A DNA stretch of 64,000 nt from Escherichia coli (GCF_016026235.1 NZ_CP065613.1), one strand, 5' to 3'. Shown: positions 14,043 to 28,140, numbered from the stretch's first letter. Numbers and translations are program-made. The notes: generated from the sequence alone by a model not told the origin.

Positions 14043-14852
14043 ATGTTCTTAATTAACGGTTATAAGCAGGAATCGCTGGCAGTAAGCGATCGGGCAACGC
14101 AGTTTGGTGATGGTTGTTTTACCACCGCCAGAGTTATCGACGGTAAAGTCAGTTTGTTATCGGCGCATATCCAGCGACTACAGGATGCTTGTCAGCGGTT
14201 GATGATTTCCTGTGACTTCTGGCCTCAGCTTGAACAAGAGATGAAAACGCTGGCAGCAGAACAGCAAAATGGTGTACTGAAAGTCGTGATCAGTCGTGGT
14301 AGTGGCGGGCGAGGGTACAGCACATTGAACAGTGGACCGGCAACGCGGATTCTCTCCGTTACGGCTTATCCTGCACATTACGACCGTTTGCGTAACGAAG
14401 GGATGACGTTGGCGCTAAGCTCGGTGCGGCTGGGGCGCAATCCTCATCTTGCAGGTATTAAACATCTTAATCGGCTTGAGCAAGTATTGATTCGCTCTCA
14501 TCTTGAGCAGACAAACGCTGATGAGGCGCTGGTCCTTGACAGCGAAGGGTGGGTTACGGAATGCTGTGCGGCTAATTTGTTCTGGCGGAAGGGCAACGTA
14601 GTTTATACGCCGCGCCTGGATCAGGCAGGTGTTAACGGCATTATGCGACAATTCTGTATCCGTTTGCTGGCACAATCCTCTTATCAGCTTGTCGAAGTGC
14701 AAGCCTCTCTGGAAGAGGCGTTGCAGGCAGATGAGATGGTTATTTGTAATGCGTTAATGCCAGTGATGCCCGTACGTGCCTGTGGCGATGTCTCCTTTTC
14801 GTCAGCAACGTTATATGAATATTTAGCCCCACTTTGTGAGCGCCCGAATTAG
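14043..14852 (+). CDS. pabC: Aminodeoxychorismate lyase PabC
   Basis: 269-aa ORF of the class IV aminotransferase fold, in the expected position before mltG. Confidence 0.88.
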   Translation: MFLINGYKQESLAVSDRATQFGDGCFTTARVIDGKVSLLSAHIQRLQDACQRLMISCDFWPQLEQEMKTLAAEQQNGVLKVVISRGSGGRGYSTLNSGPATRILSVTAYPAHYDRLRNEGMTLALSSVRLGRNPHLAGIKHLNRLEQVLIRSHLEQTNADEALVLDSEGWVTECCAANLFWRKGNVVYTPRLDQAGVNGIMRQFCIRLLAQSSYQLVEVQASLEEALQADEMVICNALMPVMPVRACGDVSFSSATLYEYLAPLCERPN

Positions 14853-14854
14853 TC

Positions 14855-15877
14855 ATGAAAAAAGTGTTATTGATAATCTTGTTATTGCTGGTGGTACTGG
14901 GTATCGCCGCTGGTGTGGGCGTCTGGAAGGTTCGCTATCTTGCCGACAGCAAATTGCTTATCAAAGAAGAGACGATATTTACCCTGAAGCCAGGGACCGG
15001 ACGTCTGGCGCTCGGTGAACAGCTTTATGCTGATAAGATCATCAATCGCCCAAGGGTTTTTCAATGGCTGCTGCGTATCGAACCGGATCTTTCTCACTTT
15101 AAAGCCGGGACTTACCGCTTTACACCGCAGATGACCGTGCGCGAGATGCTGAAATTGTTGGAAAGCGGTAAAGAAGCACAGTTCCCGCTGCGACTGGTAG
15201 AAGGGATGCGTCTGAGCGACTACCTCAAGCAATTGCGTGAGGCCCCGTATATCAAGCACACGCTGAGCGATGATAAGTACATCACCGTAGCGCAGGCACT
15301 TGAACTGGAAAATCCGGAGTGGATTGAAGGTTGGTTCTGGCCAGACACCTGGATGTATACCGCCAATACCACCGATGTCGCGTTACTCAAGCGAGCGCAC
15401 AAGAAAATGGTGAAAGCGGTCGATAGCGCTTGGGAAGGGCGTGCGGACGGTCTGCCCTATAAAGATAAAAACCAGCTGGTGACGATGGCATCAATTATCG
15501 AAAAAGAAACCGCCGTTGCCAGTGAACGCGATCAGGTTGCCTCGGTATTTATCAACCGTTTACGCATTGGTATGCGCCTGCAGACCGACCCGACCGTGAT
15601 TTACGGGATGGGAGAGCGTTATAATGGCAAACTTTCTCGTGCAGACCTGGAAACGCCGACAGCGTATAACACCTATACCATTACCGGTTTGCCGCCAGGT
15701 GCGATAGCTACGCCGAGGGCGGATTCGCTGAAGGCTGCTGCGCATCCGGCAAAAACGCCGTATCTCTATTTTGTGGCCGATGGTAAAGGTGGTCACACGT
15801 TTAATACCAATCTTGCCAGTCATAACAAGTCTGTGCAGGATTATCTGAAAGTGCTTAAGGAAAAAAATGCGCAGTAA
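14855..15877 (+). CDS. mltG: Endolytic murein transglycosylase MltG (YceG)
   Basis: 340-aa ORF with an N-terminal transmembrane helix ([24 protein letters not shown]) and YceG-like domain. Confidence 0.88.
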
Positions 15878-16508
15878 GTATATCGTCATTGAGGGGCTGG
15901 AAGGCGCAGGCAAAACTACCGCGCGTAATGTGGTGGTTGAGACGCTCGAGCAACTGGGTATCCGCGACATGGTTTTCACTCGGGAACCTGGCGGTACGCA
16001 ACTTGCCGAAAAGTTAAGAAGCCTGGTGCTGGATATCAAATCGGTAGGCGATGAAGTCATTACCGATAAAGCCGAAGTTCTGATGTTTTATGCCGCGCGC
16101 GTTCAACTGGTAGAAACGGTCATCAAACCTGCGCTGGCTAACGGCACCTGGGTGATTGGCGATCGCCACGATCTCTCCACTCAGGCGTATCAGGGCGGCG
16201 GACGTGGTATTGACCAACATATGCTGGCAACACTGCGTGATGCTGTTCTCGGGGATTTTCGCCCCGACTTAACGCTCTATCTCGATGTTACCCCGGAAGT
16301 TGGCTTAAAACGCGCGCGTGCGCGCGGCGAGCTGGATCGTATTGAGCAAGAGTCTTTCGATTTCTTTAATCGCACCCGCGCCCGCTATCTGGAACTGGCT
16401 GCACAAGATAAAAGTATTCATACCATTGATGCCACCCAGCCGCTGGAGGCCGTGATGGATGCAATCCGCACTACCGTGACCCACTGGGTGAAGGAGTTGG
16501 ACGCATGA
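15867..16508 (+). CDS. tmk: Thymidylate kinase
   Basis: 213-aa ORF with the P-loop GLEGAGKTT; overlaps the mltG stop. Confidence 0.93.
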
Positions 16509-17509
16509 GATGGTATCCATGGTTACGACCTGATTTCGAAAAACTGGTAGCCAGCTATCAGGCCGGAAGAGGTCACCATGCGCTACTCATTCAGGCGTTA
16601 CCGGGCATGGGCGATGATGCTTTAATCTACGCCCTGAGCCGTTATTTACTCTGCCAACAACCGCAGGGCCACAAAAGTTGCGGTCACTGTCGTGGATGTC
16701 AGTTGATGCAGGCTGGCACGCATCCCGATTACTACACCCTGGCTCCCGAAAAAGGGAAAAATACGCTGGGCATTGATGCGGTACGTGAGGTCACCGAAAA
16801 GCTGAATGAGCACGCACGCTTAGGTGGTGCGAAAGTTGTCTGGGTAACCGATGCTGCCTTACTGACCGACGCCGCGGCTAACGCATTGCTGAAAACGCTT
16901 GAAGAGCCACCAGCAGAAACCTGGTTTTTCCTGGCTACCCGCGAGCCTGAACGTTTACTGGCAACATTACGTAGTCGTTGTCGGTTACATTACCTTGCGC
17001 CGCCGCCGGAACAGTACGCCGTGACCTGGCTTTCACGCGAAGTGACAATGTCACAGGATGCATTACTTGCCGCATTGCGCTTAAGCGCCGGTTCGCCTGG
17101 CGCGGCACTGGCGTTGTTTCAGGGAGATAACTGGCAGGCTCGTGAAACATTGTGTCAGGCGTTGGCATATAGCGTGCCATCGGGCGACTGGTATTCGCTG
17201 CTGGCGGCCCTTAATCATGAACAAGCTCCGGCGCGTTTACACTGGCTGGCAACGTTGCTGATGGATGCGCTAAAACGCCATCATGGTGCTGCGCAGGTGA
17301 CCAATGTTGATGTGCCGGGCCTGGTCGCTGAACTGGCAAACCATCTTTCTCCCTCGCGCCTGCAGGCTATACTGGGGGATGTTTGCCACATTCGTGAACA
17401 GTTAATGTCTGTTACAGGCATCAACCGCGAGCTTCTCATCACCGATCTTTTACTGCGTATTGAGCATTACCTGCAACCGGGCGTTGTGCTACCGGTTCCT
17501 CATCTTTAA
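16505..17509 (+). CDS. holB: DNA polymerase III delta-prime subunit
   Basis: 334-aa [18 protein letters not shown] with a zinc-module CGHCRGC; start overlaps the tmk stop (ATGA). Confidence 0.9.
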
Positions 17510-17519
17510 GAGAGACATC

Positions 17520-18317
17520 ATGTTTTTAGTCGACTCACACTGCCATCTCGATGGTCTGGATTATGAATCTTTGCATAAGGACGTGGATGACGTTCTGGCG
17601 AAAGCCGCCGCACGCGATGTGAAATTTTGTCTGGCAGTCGCCACAACATTACCGGGTTATTTACACATGCGGGATCTGGTAGGCGAACGTGACAACGTCG
17701 TATTTTCTTGTGGCGTGCATCCACTCAACCAGAATGATCCCTACGATGTAGAAGATTTACGCCGTCTGGCGGCAGAAGAGGGTGTTGTAGCGCTGGGTGA
17801 AACCGGGCTGGATTATTATTACACACCGGAAACTAAAGTACGTCAGCAAGAGTCTTTCATCCATCATATCCAGATTGGTCGTGAACTGAACAAGCCGGTT
17901 ATCGTCCATACCCGTGACGCCCGTGCCGATACGCTGGCAATTCTGCGCGAAGAAAAAGTGACGGATTGCGGTGGCGTACTACACTGTTTTACAGAGGACA
18001 GAGAAACGGCGGGTAAATTACTGGATCTCGGATTTTACATCTCCTTTTCCGGCATTGTGACCTTCCGTAATGCGGAGCAACTGCGCGATGCTGCGCGTTA
18101 TGTCCCCCTGGATCGGTTACTGGTGGAAACTGACTCACCTTACCTTGCGCCGGTGCCGCATCGAGGAAAAGAGAATCAACCTGCGATGGTTCGTGACGTT
18201 GCAGAATATATGGCTGTGTTGAAAGGTGTTGCCGTTGAAGAACTGGCGCAGGTAACCACCGATAACTTCGCCCGTCTGTTTCACATCGACGCTTCCCGCC
18301 TTCAATCCATCCGTTGA
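17520..18317 (+). CDS. ycfH: TatD-family metal-dependent deoxyribonuclease YcfH
   Basis: Start set at [11 protein letters not shown] (metal-binding HxH motif) to give about 265 aa; the track ORF begins 20 codons earlier inside holB. Confidence 0.85.
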
Positions 18318-18492
18318 ATGAGTTTTTTTAAAGCTCGTAATTAATGGCTAAAACGAGTAAAGTTCACCGCCGAAAATTGGGCGGTGAATAACCACGTTTG
18401 AAATATTGTGACATATGTTTTGTCAAAATGTGCAACTTCTCCAATGATCTGAAGTTGAAACGTGATAGCCGTCAAACAAATTGGCACTGAAT

Positions 18493-18516
18493 TATTTTAC
18501 TCTGTGTAATAAATAA
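18493..18516 (+). promoter_or_regulatory. Candidate Mlc operator in the ptsG promoter region
   Basis: AT-rich imperfect palindrome ttattttactctgtgtaataaataaa about 100 bp upstream of the ptsG start; assignment is from recalled knowledge of Mlc control of ptsG, not verified. Confidence 0.4.
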
Positions 18517-18611
18517 AGGGCGCTTAGATGCCCTGTACACGGCGAGGCTCTCCCCCCTTGCCACGCGTGAGAACGTAAAAAAAGCACCCATACTCAGGAG
18601 CACTCTCAATT

Positions 18612-20045
18612 ATGTTTAAGAATGCATTTGCTAACCTGCAAAAGGTCGGTAAATCGCTGATGCTGCCGGTATCCGTACTGCCTATCGCAGGTATTCTGCT
18701 GGGCGTCGGTTCCGCGAATTTCAGCTGGCTGCCCGCCGTTGTATCGCATGTTATGGCAGAAGCAGGCGGTTCCGTCTTTGCAAACATGCCACTGATTTTT
18801 GCGATCGGTGTCGCCCTCGGCTTTACCAATAACGATGGCGTATCCGCGCTGGCCGCAGTTGTTGCCTATGGCATCATGGTTAAAACCATGGCCGTGGTTG
18901 CGCCACTGGTACTGCATTTACCTGCTGAAGAAATCGCCTCTAAACACCTGGCGGATACTGGCGTACTCGGAGGGATTATCTCCGGTGCGATCGCAGCGTA
19001 CATGTTTAACCGTTTCTACCGTATTAAGCTGCCTGAGTATCTTGGCTTCTTTGCCGGTAAACGCTTTGTGCCGATCATTTCTGGCCTGGCTGCCATCTTT
19101 ACTGGCGTTGTGCTGTCCTTCATTTGGCCGCCGATTGGTTCTGCAATCCAGACCTTTTCTCAGTGGGCTGCTTACCAGAACCCGGTAGTTGCGTTTGGCA
19201 TTTACGGTTTCATCGAACGTTGCCTGGTACCGTTTGGTCTGCACCACATCTGGAACGTACCTTTCCAGATGCAGATTGGTGAATACACCAACGCAGCAGG
19301 TCAGGTTTTCCACGGCGACATTCCGCGTTATATGGCGGGTGACCCGACTGCGGGTAAACTGTCTGGTGGCTTCCTGTTCAAAATGTACGGTCTGCCAGCT
19401 GCCGCAATTGCTATCTGGCACTCTGCTAAACCAGAAAACCGCGCGAAAGTGGGCGGTATTATGATCTCCGCGGCGCTGACCTCGTTCCTGACCGGTATCA
19501 CCGAGCCGATCGAGTTCTCCTTCATGTTCGTTGCGCCGATCCTGTACATCATCCACGCGATTCTGGCAGGCCTGGCATTCCCAATCTGTATTCTTCTGGG
19601 GATGCGTGACGGTACGTCGTTCTCGCACGGTCTGATCGACTTCATCGTTCTGTCTGGTAACAGCAGCAAACTGTGGCTGTTCCCGATCGTCGGTATCGGT
19701 TATGCGATTGTTTACTACACTATCTTCCGCGTGCTGATTAAAGCACTGGATCTGAAAACGCCGGGTCGTGAAGACGCGACTGAAGATGCAAAAGCGACAG
19801 GTACCAGCGAAATGGCACCGGCTCTGGTTGCTGCATTTGGTGGTAAAGAAAACATTACTAACCTCGACGCATGTATTACCCGTCTGCGCGTCAGCGTTGC
19901 TGATGTGTCTAAAGTGGATCAGGCCGGCCTGAAGAAACTGGGCGCAGCGGGCGTAGTGGTTGCTGGTTCTGGTGTTCAGGCGATTTTCGGTACTAAATCC
20001 GATAACCTGAAAACCGAGATGGATGAGTACATCCGTAACCACTAA
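18612..20045 (+). CDS. ptsG: Glucose-specific PTS enzyme IICB
   Basis: 477-aa [36 protein letters not shown] with a C-terminal IIB domain (CITRLR). Confidence 0.95.
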
Positions 20046-20067
20046 TCCGTAAGACGTTGGGGAGACT

Positions 20068-20093
20068 AAGGCAGCCAGATGGCTGCCTTTTTT
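20068..20093. terminator. Hairpin with flanking A/T runs between convergent ptsG and fhuE; likely bidirectional terminator
   Basis: aaggcagccagatggctgcctttttt: perfect stem ggcagcc/ggctgcc preceded by aa and followed by tttttt. Confidence 0.6.
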
Positions 20094-20104
20094 ACAGGTG
20101 TTAT

Positions 20105-22294
20105 TCAGAATTGATACGTGCCGGTAATGCTGAAATTACGCGGTGTGCCGTAGACGATAGAACCTTCCACGTTGGTATCGTAGGTTTTGTCGAACAGGTT
20201 ATTGACGTTCCCCTGTAACGAGAAGTTTTTCGTCACCTGGTAGCGGGTGAAGAGATCCACCAGCGCGTAGCTACCTTGCTCGGCGCGGAACGTGCCATAC
20301 GGTGTCACGGTGTCGGTATACACGCGATTTTGCCAGTTAACACCACCGCCGACCGTCAACTCTGGCATGACAGGCAACCGGTAGCTGGTGAACATTTTAA
20401 CCGTGGTGCGTGGCAGATTAGGATTAACGGCGTTTCCTTCGTTATCCTCTGCAATATAGCGCGTTGCGCCAAATGTCAGCTGCCAGTTGTCGATAATTGC
20501 GCCGTTGAGTTCAAATTCCACCCCTTTACTGACTGTCCCATCCACCGCTTTATAGGCGGTTTCGCCGTTGCTGCCGGGGATAGGTGTACCGGTGGACTGA
20601 GCGACATTATCCTGCTCAATACGGAAGATGGCTAACGTGGTGGTCAGACGGCTATTCATCCAGTCCGATTTCAGACCCAGCTCGTAGTTGTTACCGGTGA
20701 TTGGAGCCAGATATTTGCCTGAACTGTCACGATCATTTTGCGGCTGGAAAATAGAGGTATAGCTGGCGTAGGTCGACCAGTTGTCATTGATGTCAAACAC
20801 CAGACCAGCGTAAGGCGTGGTGTGGTTTTTCTCCATGCTGTAAGTCAGCGTATCAACCCGCCAGTTGGTATAACGTGCGCCGAGGATCAGATGCAGCGGA
20901 TCGGCAAGGGTGACACGAGTGGCAGCATATAACGATTTCATATGTGTGGTATCGTCCTGCGCCAGGCTCTGTGGTGACCAGTCGGTTTGTGGGAAATTGC
21001 CATTAAAGTTGTAGAAACTGCCAATTTCATCCGGGAAGATGTTGGCCCATGAACTGAAGTAACGATTGTTTTGTTTGCTGTAACTGCCACCAAACATTAG
21101 ATTGTGCTGACGACCAAACAATTCATAACTACCGTCAGCGAACAAATCCAGCGCATCAACTTTACGTTTGCCACTGTTCCAACCGGTGCCGCCGACATAA
21201 TCAAAGCCAGGTCCATAATTACTGTATGGCCCAACCAGCATACCATCCGCTTTGTTTACATAGGCATCGACATACATCATTTTGCTGTCAAATTCGACTT
21301 CAGAGTGGGTGGCATTCAGTGTCGCTTGCCAGGTATCAGCAAACCGCTGCTTCAGGGTCATAAAGACCTTGTTGATCTCTTTATCGTTGTACGCCCAGTC
21401 AGGTGCGGTACTGCGTGCGCGATCGTAACTGTTGCTGCTGCCATCAGTATTCCAGCGCGGTAAACCGCCCCAGGTTGGGCTATTAACATCAATGCGCTGA
21501 TATTCGTAACCGGCTGAAAGCGTCGTAAGATCGCCTAAATCAGCATCGACAATGCCGGAGAAGAAGGTCTTTTCACTATTGTAGCGGTCCAGCCATGAGT
21601 CGTTATTCTGGTAGCCGCCGACAATTCGCGCGCGGATTTTACCGTCTTCGGTGAGTGGGCTTTGTAAATCCGCCAAATACCGTTCTTTGTTCCAGCTACC
21701 GTATTCCGCCGAGACATCGCCTTTAAATTCACGACTGGTCGCGTGTTTTCGAACCATATTAATTGCCGCAGATGGATTACCCGTCCCGGTCATGAGTCCT
21801 GTCGCGCCACGTACTACTTCTACGCGTTCAAACAGTGCCATATCAGAAAGTGCGTCGCCCAGATTCCAGCGCGATTCAAAATAGGTGGGGATACCATCAA
21901 CCATATAGTTATCGATCTGGAATCCGCGGGAATAATAAAGAGCACGATCGGAATCCGCCTGACTTTTGCTGATCCCCAGCGTGTTTTCCATCACTTCGCC
22001 CAGCGTTTGTAACTGCTGATCTTCCATCCGCTGCTGGCTAACAATAGTGACCGACTGAGGAATATCACGTTGAGTCATCTGCATTTTGGTACCCGCAGAG
22101 GTAGACGTTACGCTGTAATCATTTTCGCCATCATCTGGAGCTGTGGCTGAACCCTCAACAATCACCGTTTCTTCAGTGGCTGGTGCAGCAAAAGCGGCAG
22201 AAGGTAATAGTGCCAGTGCTATGCAACCGGCAAGTAGTGACGGTTTGGTGATGGCTTGATATTGATTATCCCTGTTAAATTGTGTTGAAAGCAT
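20105..22294 (-). CDS. fhuE: TonB-dependent outer-membrane receptor for ferric coprogen/rhodotorulic acid, FhuE
   Basis: 729-aa ORF with a signal peptide, TonB-box region and a C-terminal beta-barrel ending in ...TGTYQF. Confidence 0.9.
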   Translation of the reverse strand: MLSTQFNRDNQYQAITKPSLLAGCIALALLPSAAFAAPATEETVIVEGSATAPDDGENDYSVTSTSAGTKMQMTQRDIPQSVTIVSQQRMEDQQLQTLGEVMENTLGISKSQADSDRALYYSRGFQIDNYMVDGIPTYFESRWNLGDALSDMALFERVEVVRGATGLMTGTGNPSAAINMVRKHATSREFKGDVSAEYGSWNKERYLADLQSPLTEDGKIRARIVGGYQNNDSWLDRYNSEKTFFSGIVDADLGDLTTLSAGYEYQRIDVNSPTWGGLPRWNTDGSSNSYDRARSTAPDWAYNDKEINKVFMTLKQRFADTWQATLNATHSEVEFDSKMMYVDAYVNKADGMLVGPYSNYGPGFDYVGGTGWNSGKRKVDALDLFADGSYELFGRQHNLMFGGSYSKQNNRYFSSWANIFPDEIGSFYNFNGNFPQTDWSPQSLAQDDTTHMKSLYAATRVTLADPLHLILGARYTNWRVDTLTYSMEKNHTTPYAGLVFDINDNWSTYASYTSIFQPQNDRDSSGKYLAPITGNNYELGLKSDWMNSRLTTTLAIFRIEQDNVAQSTGTPIPGSNGETAYKAVDGTVSKGVEFELNGAIIDNWQLTFGATRYIAEDNEGNAVNPNLPRTTVKMFTSYRLPVMPELTVGGGVNWQNRVYTDTVTPYGTFRAEQGSYALVDLFTRYQVTKNFSLQGNVNNLFDKTYDTNVEGSIVYGTPRNFSITGTYQF

Positions 22295-22339
22295 TTGAAA
22301 TCTCTTGGTTTATGTTGTCGTCAGGCTCATGCCGGAGGA

Positions 22340-22420
22340 GGGTGATGAGCGATTATATTTAGTGTGCGAATAATTTTGTTTGTAAATGCAAATGAGAAAT
22401 ATACGCATTCATATTTGTCG
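22340..22420 (-). promoter_or_regulatory. Candidate Fur-regulated promoter region of fhuE; the precise Fur box is not resolved
   Basis: AT-rich stretch gaataattttgtttgtaaatgcaaatgagaaatat upstream of fhuE with only a loose match to GATAATGATAATCATTATC. Confidence 0.25.
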
Positions 22421-22627
22421 TGTAAACCAAACAGAGAATGTCTTTTCAGCGCATTCGCAGGCAGAAATGGGAATAATGGCGATATATACGGCAGCAAAAC
22501 GATTTTTTGCTTAAGAAATCGTGAGTTAAGGTTGAAAGAGCAGGTTTAACTCGACCATACTCTATACTCGCAGTGTGGCGCGGCGTAGCATGGCGCAACG
22601 CATGGCTATTTGAAAAAGGAAAATGTC

Positions 22628-22987
22628 GTGGCAGAAGAAACTATATTCAGCAAAATTATTCGTCGTGAGATCCCCTCCGATATCGTCTACCAGGATGATC
22701 TGGTAACGGCGTTTCGCGATATTTCGCCGCAAGCGCCAACGCATATTCTGATCATTCCGAATATCCTCATTCCGACTGTGAACGACGTGTCAGCTGAGCA
22801 TGAGCAGGCGCTGGGACGCATGATCACCGTAGCGGCAAAAATTGCTGAGCAAGAAGGTATTGCCGAAGATGGCTATCGTCTGATCATGAATACCAACCGC
22901 CATGGCGGACAAGAGGTTTACCACATTCATATGCACTTGTTGGGTGGCCGTCCGCTGGGACCAATGCTGGCGCATAAAGGTCTGTAA
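22628..22987 (+). CDS. hinT: Purine nucleoside phosphoramidase HinT (HIT family)
   Basis: HIT motif HIHMHLLGG; start set at the GTG ([16 protein letters not shown]) to give 119 aa. Confidence 0.88.
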   Translation: MAEETIFSKIIRREIPSDIVYQDDLVTAFRDISPQAPTHILIIPNILIPTVNDVSAEHEQALGRMITVAAKIAEQEGIAEDGYRLIMNTNRHGGQEVYHIHMHLLGGRPLGPMLAHKGL

Positions 22988-22989
22988 CG

Positions 22990-23367
22990 ATGAGAAAAGG
23001 ATGCTTTGGGCTGGTGTCTCTGGCGTTGTTACTGCTGGTGGGCTGTCGTTCACATCCGGAAATTCCGGTGAATGATGAGCAATCGCTGGTGATGGAGTCA
23101 TCTTTATTGGCTGCGGGCATTAGTGCAGAAAAGCCCGTCCTTTCGACGTCTGATATTCAACCTTCAGCATCCTCAACGCTTTATAACGAAAGGCAAGAAC
23201 CCGTTACCGTTCATTATCGTTTTTACTGGTATGACGCCAGAGGGCTGGAGATGCATCCTCTGGAAAGGCCACGCAGCGTTACCATTCCCGCACATTCGGC
23301 GGTAACGCTGTACGGCAGCGCCAATTTTCTGGGGGCGCACAAAGTCAGACTTTATCTATATTTGTAA
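22990..23367 (+). CDS. ycfL: Lipoprotein YcfL
   Basis: 125-aa ORF with a lipoprotein signal peptide and lipobox (LLLVGC). Confidence 0.8.
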   Translation: MRKGCFGLVSLALLLLVGCRSHPEIPVNDEQSLVMESSLLAAGISAEKPVLSTSDIQPSASSTLYNERQEPVTVHYRFYWYDARGLEMHPLERPRSVTIPAHSAVTLYGSANFLGAHKVRLYLYL

Positions 23368-23380
23368 GGGGTGAATCTTG

Positions 23381-24002
23381 ATGACAAAAATGAGTCGCTA
23401 CGCCTTGATTACCGCGCTGGCGATGTTTCTCGCCGGGTGTGTGGGGCAACGTGAACCTGCACCGGTAGAAGAAGTGAAACCAGCGCCGGAACAACCAGCC
23501 GAGCCACAACAGCCTGTCCCCACAGTGCCCTCGGTGCCGACGATCCCGCAGCAGCTAGGCCCAATTGAGCACGAAGATCAAACTGCACCGCCTGCGCCGC
23601 ATATTCGCCATTATGACTGGAATGGCGCAATGCAGCCGATGGTCAGTAAGATGCTTGGGGCTGACGGGGTGACTGCGGGTAGCGTCCTGCTGGTTGATAG
23701 CGTTAACAACCGTACTAACGGTTCGCTGAATGCCGCAGAAGCGACCGAAACGCTGCGAAATGCGCTGGCTAATAACGGGAAATTTACCCTGGTTTCCGCC
23801 CAGCAGCTGTCGATGGCTAAGCAACAGTTAGGTTTGTCGCCGCAGGACAGTTTAGGCACCCGTAGTAAAGCCATAGGCATTGCCCGCAATGTCGGCGCTC
23901 ATTACGTGCTGTACTCCAGCGCCTCTGGCAACGTTAATGCTCCGACCCTACAAATGCAGCTGATGCTGGTGCAGACGGGCGAAATTATCTGGTCAGGTAA
24001 AG

Positions 24003-24022
<20 letters not shown>
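23381..24022 (+). CDS. lpoB: Penicillin-binding protein 1B activator LpoB
   Basis: 213-aa ORF from the ATG at 23381 with a lipobox (FLAGC) and a Pro-rich linker. Confidence 0.85.
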
Positions 24023-25863
<1,841 letters not shown>

Positions 25864-25885
25864 CCCTGGCTTATGTGAGGAAGCG

Positions 25886-26428
25886 ATGATTATCTATTTA
25901 CACGGTTTTGACTCTAACAGTCCGGGTAACCACGAGAAAGTCTTACAATTGCAGTTTATTGACCCGGATGTACGCTTGATAAGCTACAGTACGCGGCATC
26001 CGAAACATGATATGCAGCATCTGCTTAAAGAAGTGGACAAAATGTTGCAACTGAACGTTGACGAGCGTCCGCTAATTTGCGGCGTTGGCCTGGGCGGATA
26101 CTGGGCGGAACGGATTGGTTTTCTTTGCGACATCCGCCAGGTGATCTTCAACCCTAATTTGTTCCCTTATGAGAACATGGAAGGCAAGATTGATCGCCCG
26201 GAAGAGTATGCCGATATTGCCACTAAGTGTGTGACCAACTTCCGCGAGAAGAATCGCGATCGTTGTCTGGTTATTTTGTCGCGTAATGATGAAGCACTTA
26301 ACAGCCAGCGGACATCTGAAGAGTTGCATCATTATTACGAGATTGTCTGGGACGAAGAGCAGACGCACAAATTCAAGAATATCTCCCCGCATTTACAGCG
26401 CATTAAAGCGTTCAAAACCCTCGGGTAA
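25886..26428 (+). CDS. ycfP: UPF0227 esterase-like protein YcfP
   Basis: Start set at [18 protein letters not shown] (about 180 aa); alpha/beta-hydrolase-like. Confidence 0.8.
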
Positions 26429-26429
26429 A

Positions 26430-26565
26430 TGCCCTCGTCGCATCAGGTAACCTTGCCGGTACCTGATGCGCTCCGAATTCTGTAAGTCGGATAAGGCGTC
26501 CACGCCGCATCCGACAGTCGAGCATCAATGCCTGATGCGATGCTGCGCATCTTATCAGGACGACC
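26430..26565. repeat. REP/BIME cluster
   Basis: Several palindromic units (catcaggtaaccttgccggtacctgatgcg; gccgcatccgacagtcgagcatcaatgcctgatgcgatgctgcgcatc) in the ycfP-ndh gap. Confidence 0.6.
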
Positions 26566-26835
26566 AAACGCCCTCGATATACGCTTCACCCTATATTACT
26601 CTTCCGAATTTGCTCAAATAATAAACAATAAACTCTATTTTTTGATCTCACCCGGTAAAGTCGCCTATCTTTTCAGCAACAAAACTTGATTAACATCAAT
26701 TTTGGTATGACCAATGCACCATTCATGTTATTCTCAATAGCGAAGAACATTTTCATTGCTGTAACCTGTTGTTAATTAAGAGCTATGTTAATAACCATTA
26801 ATTAACAATTGGTTAATAAATTTAAGGGGGTCACG

Positions 26836-28140
26836 TTGACTACGCCATTGAAAAAAATTGTGATTGTCGGCGGCGGTGCTGGTGGGCTGGAAATGGCAAC
26901 ACAGCTGGGGCATAAGCTGGGACGCAAGAAAAAAGCCAAAATTACGCTGGTCGATCGTAACCACAGCCATCTGTGGAAACCGCTGCTGCACGAAGTGGCG
27001 ACTGGCTCGCTTGATGAAGGCGTCGATGCGTTGAGCTATCTGGCCCATGCGCGCAATCATGGTTTCCAGTTCCAGTTGGGTTCCGTCATTGATATTGATC
27101 GTGAAGCGAAAACAATCACTATTGCAGAACTGCGCGATGAGAAAGGTGAACTGCTGGTTCCGGAACGTAAAATCGCCTATGACACCCTGGTAATGGCGCT
27201 GGGTAGCACCTCTAACGATTTCAATACGCCAAGTGTCAAAGAGAACTGCATTTTCCTCGATAACCCGCACCAGGCGCGTCGCTTCCACCAGGAGATGCTG
27301 AATCTGTTCCTGAAATACTCCGCCAACCTGGGCGCGAATGGTAAAGTGAACATTGCGATTGTCGGCGGCGGCGCGACGGGTGTAGAACTCTCCGCTGAAT
27401 TGCACAATGCGGTCAAGCAACTGCACAGCTACGGTTACAAAGGCCTGACCAACGAAGCCCTGAACGTAACGCTGGTAGAAGCGGGAGAACGTATTTTGCC
27501 TGCATTACCGCCACGTATCTCTGCTGCGGCCCACAACGAGCTAACGAAACTTGGCGTTCGCGTGCTGACGCAAACCATGGTCACCAGTGCTGATGAAGGC
27601 GGCCTGCACACGAAAGATGGCGAATATATTGAGGCTGATCTGATGGTATGGGCAGCCGGGATCAAAGCGCCAGACTTCCTGAAAGATATCGGTGGTCTTG
27701 AAACTAACCGTATCAACCAGCTGGTGGTGGAACCGACGCTGCAAACCACTCGCGATCCAGACATTTACGCTATTGGCGACTGCGCGTCATGCCCACGTCC
27801 GGAAGGGGGCTTTGTTCCGCCGCGTGCTCAGGCTGCACACCAGATGGCGACCTGCGCAATGAACAACATTCTGGCGCAGATGAACGGTAAGCCGCTGAAA
27901 AATTATCAGTATAAAGATCATGGTTCACTGGTATCGCTGTCGAATTTCTCCACCGTTGGTAGCCTGATGGGTAACCTGACGCGCGGCTCAATGATGATTG
28001 AAGGACGAATTGCGCGCTTTGTATATATCTCGCTATACCGAATGCATCAGATTGCGCTGCATGGTTACTTTAAAACCGGATTAATGATGCTGGTGGGGAG
28101 TATTAACCGCGTTATCCGTCCGCGTTTGAAGTTGCATTAA
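26836..28140 (+). CDS. ndh: Type II NADH:quinone oxidoreductase NDH-2
   Basis: FAD-binding motif [10 protein letters not shown] and a second Rossmann motif [10 protein letters not shown]; start set at the TTG (MTTPLKK) to give about 434 aa. Confidence 0.9.
   Translation: MTTPLKKIVIVGGGAGGLEMATQLGHKLGRKKKAKITLVDRNHSHLWKPLLHEVATGSLDEGVDALSYLAHARNHGFQFQLGSVIDIDREAKTITIAELRDEKGELLVPERKIAYDTLVMALGSTSNDFNTPSVKENCIFLDNPHQARRFHQEMLNLFLKYSANLGANGKVNIAIVGGGATGVELSAELHNAVKQLHSYGYKGLTNEALNVTLVEAGERILPALPPRISAAAHNELTKLGVRVLTQTMVTSADEGGLHTKDGEYIEADLMVWAAGIKAPDFLKDIGGLETNRINQLVVEPTLQTTRDPDIYAIGDCASCPRPEGGFVPPRAQAAHQMATCAMNNILAQMNGKPLKNYQYKDHGSLVSLSNFSTVGSLMGNLTRGSMMIEGRIARFVYISLYRMHQIALHGYFKTGLMMLVGSINRVIRPRLKLH

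Noticed and set aside
18918-20042. 374-aa minus-strand ORF antisense to ptsG
   Set aside because: Fully contained within ptsG, which has unmistakable PTS IICB sequence; the antisense product is Arg/His-rich with no domain features and no upstream ribosome-binding site.
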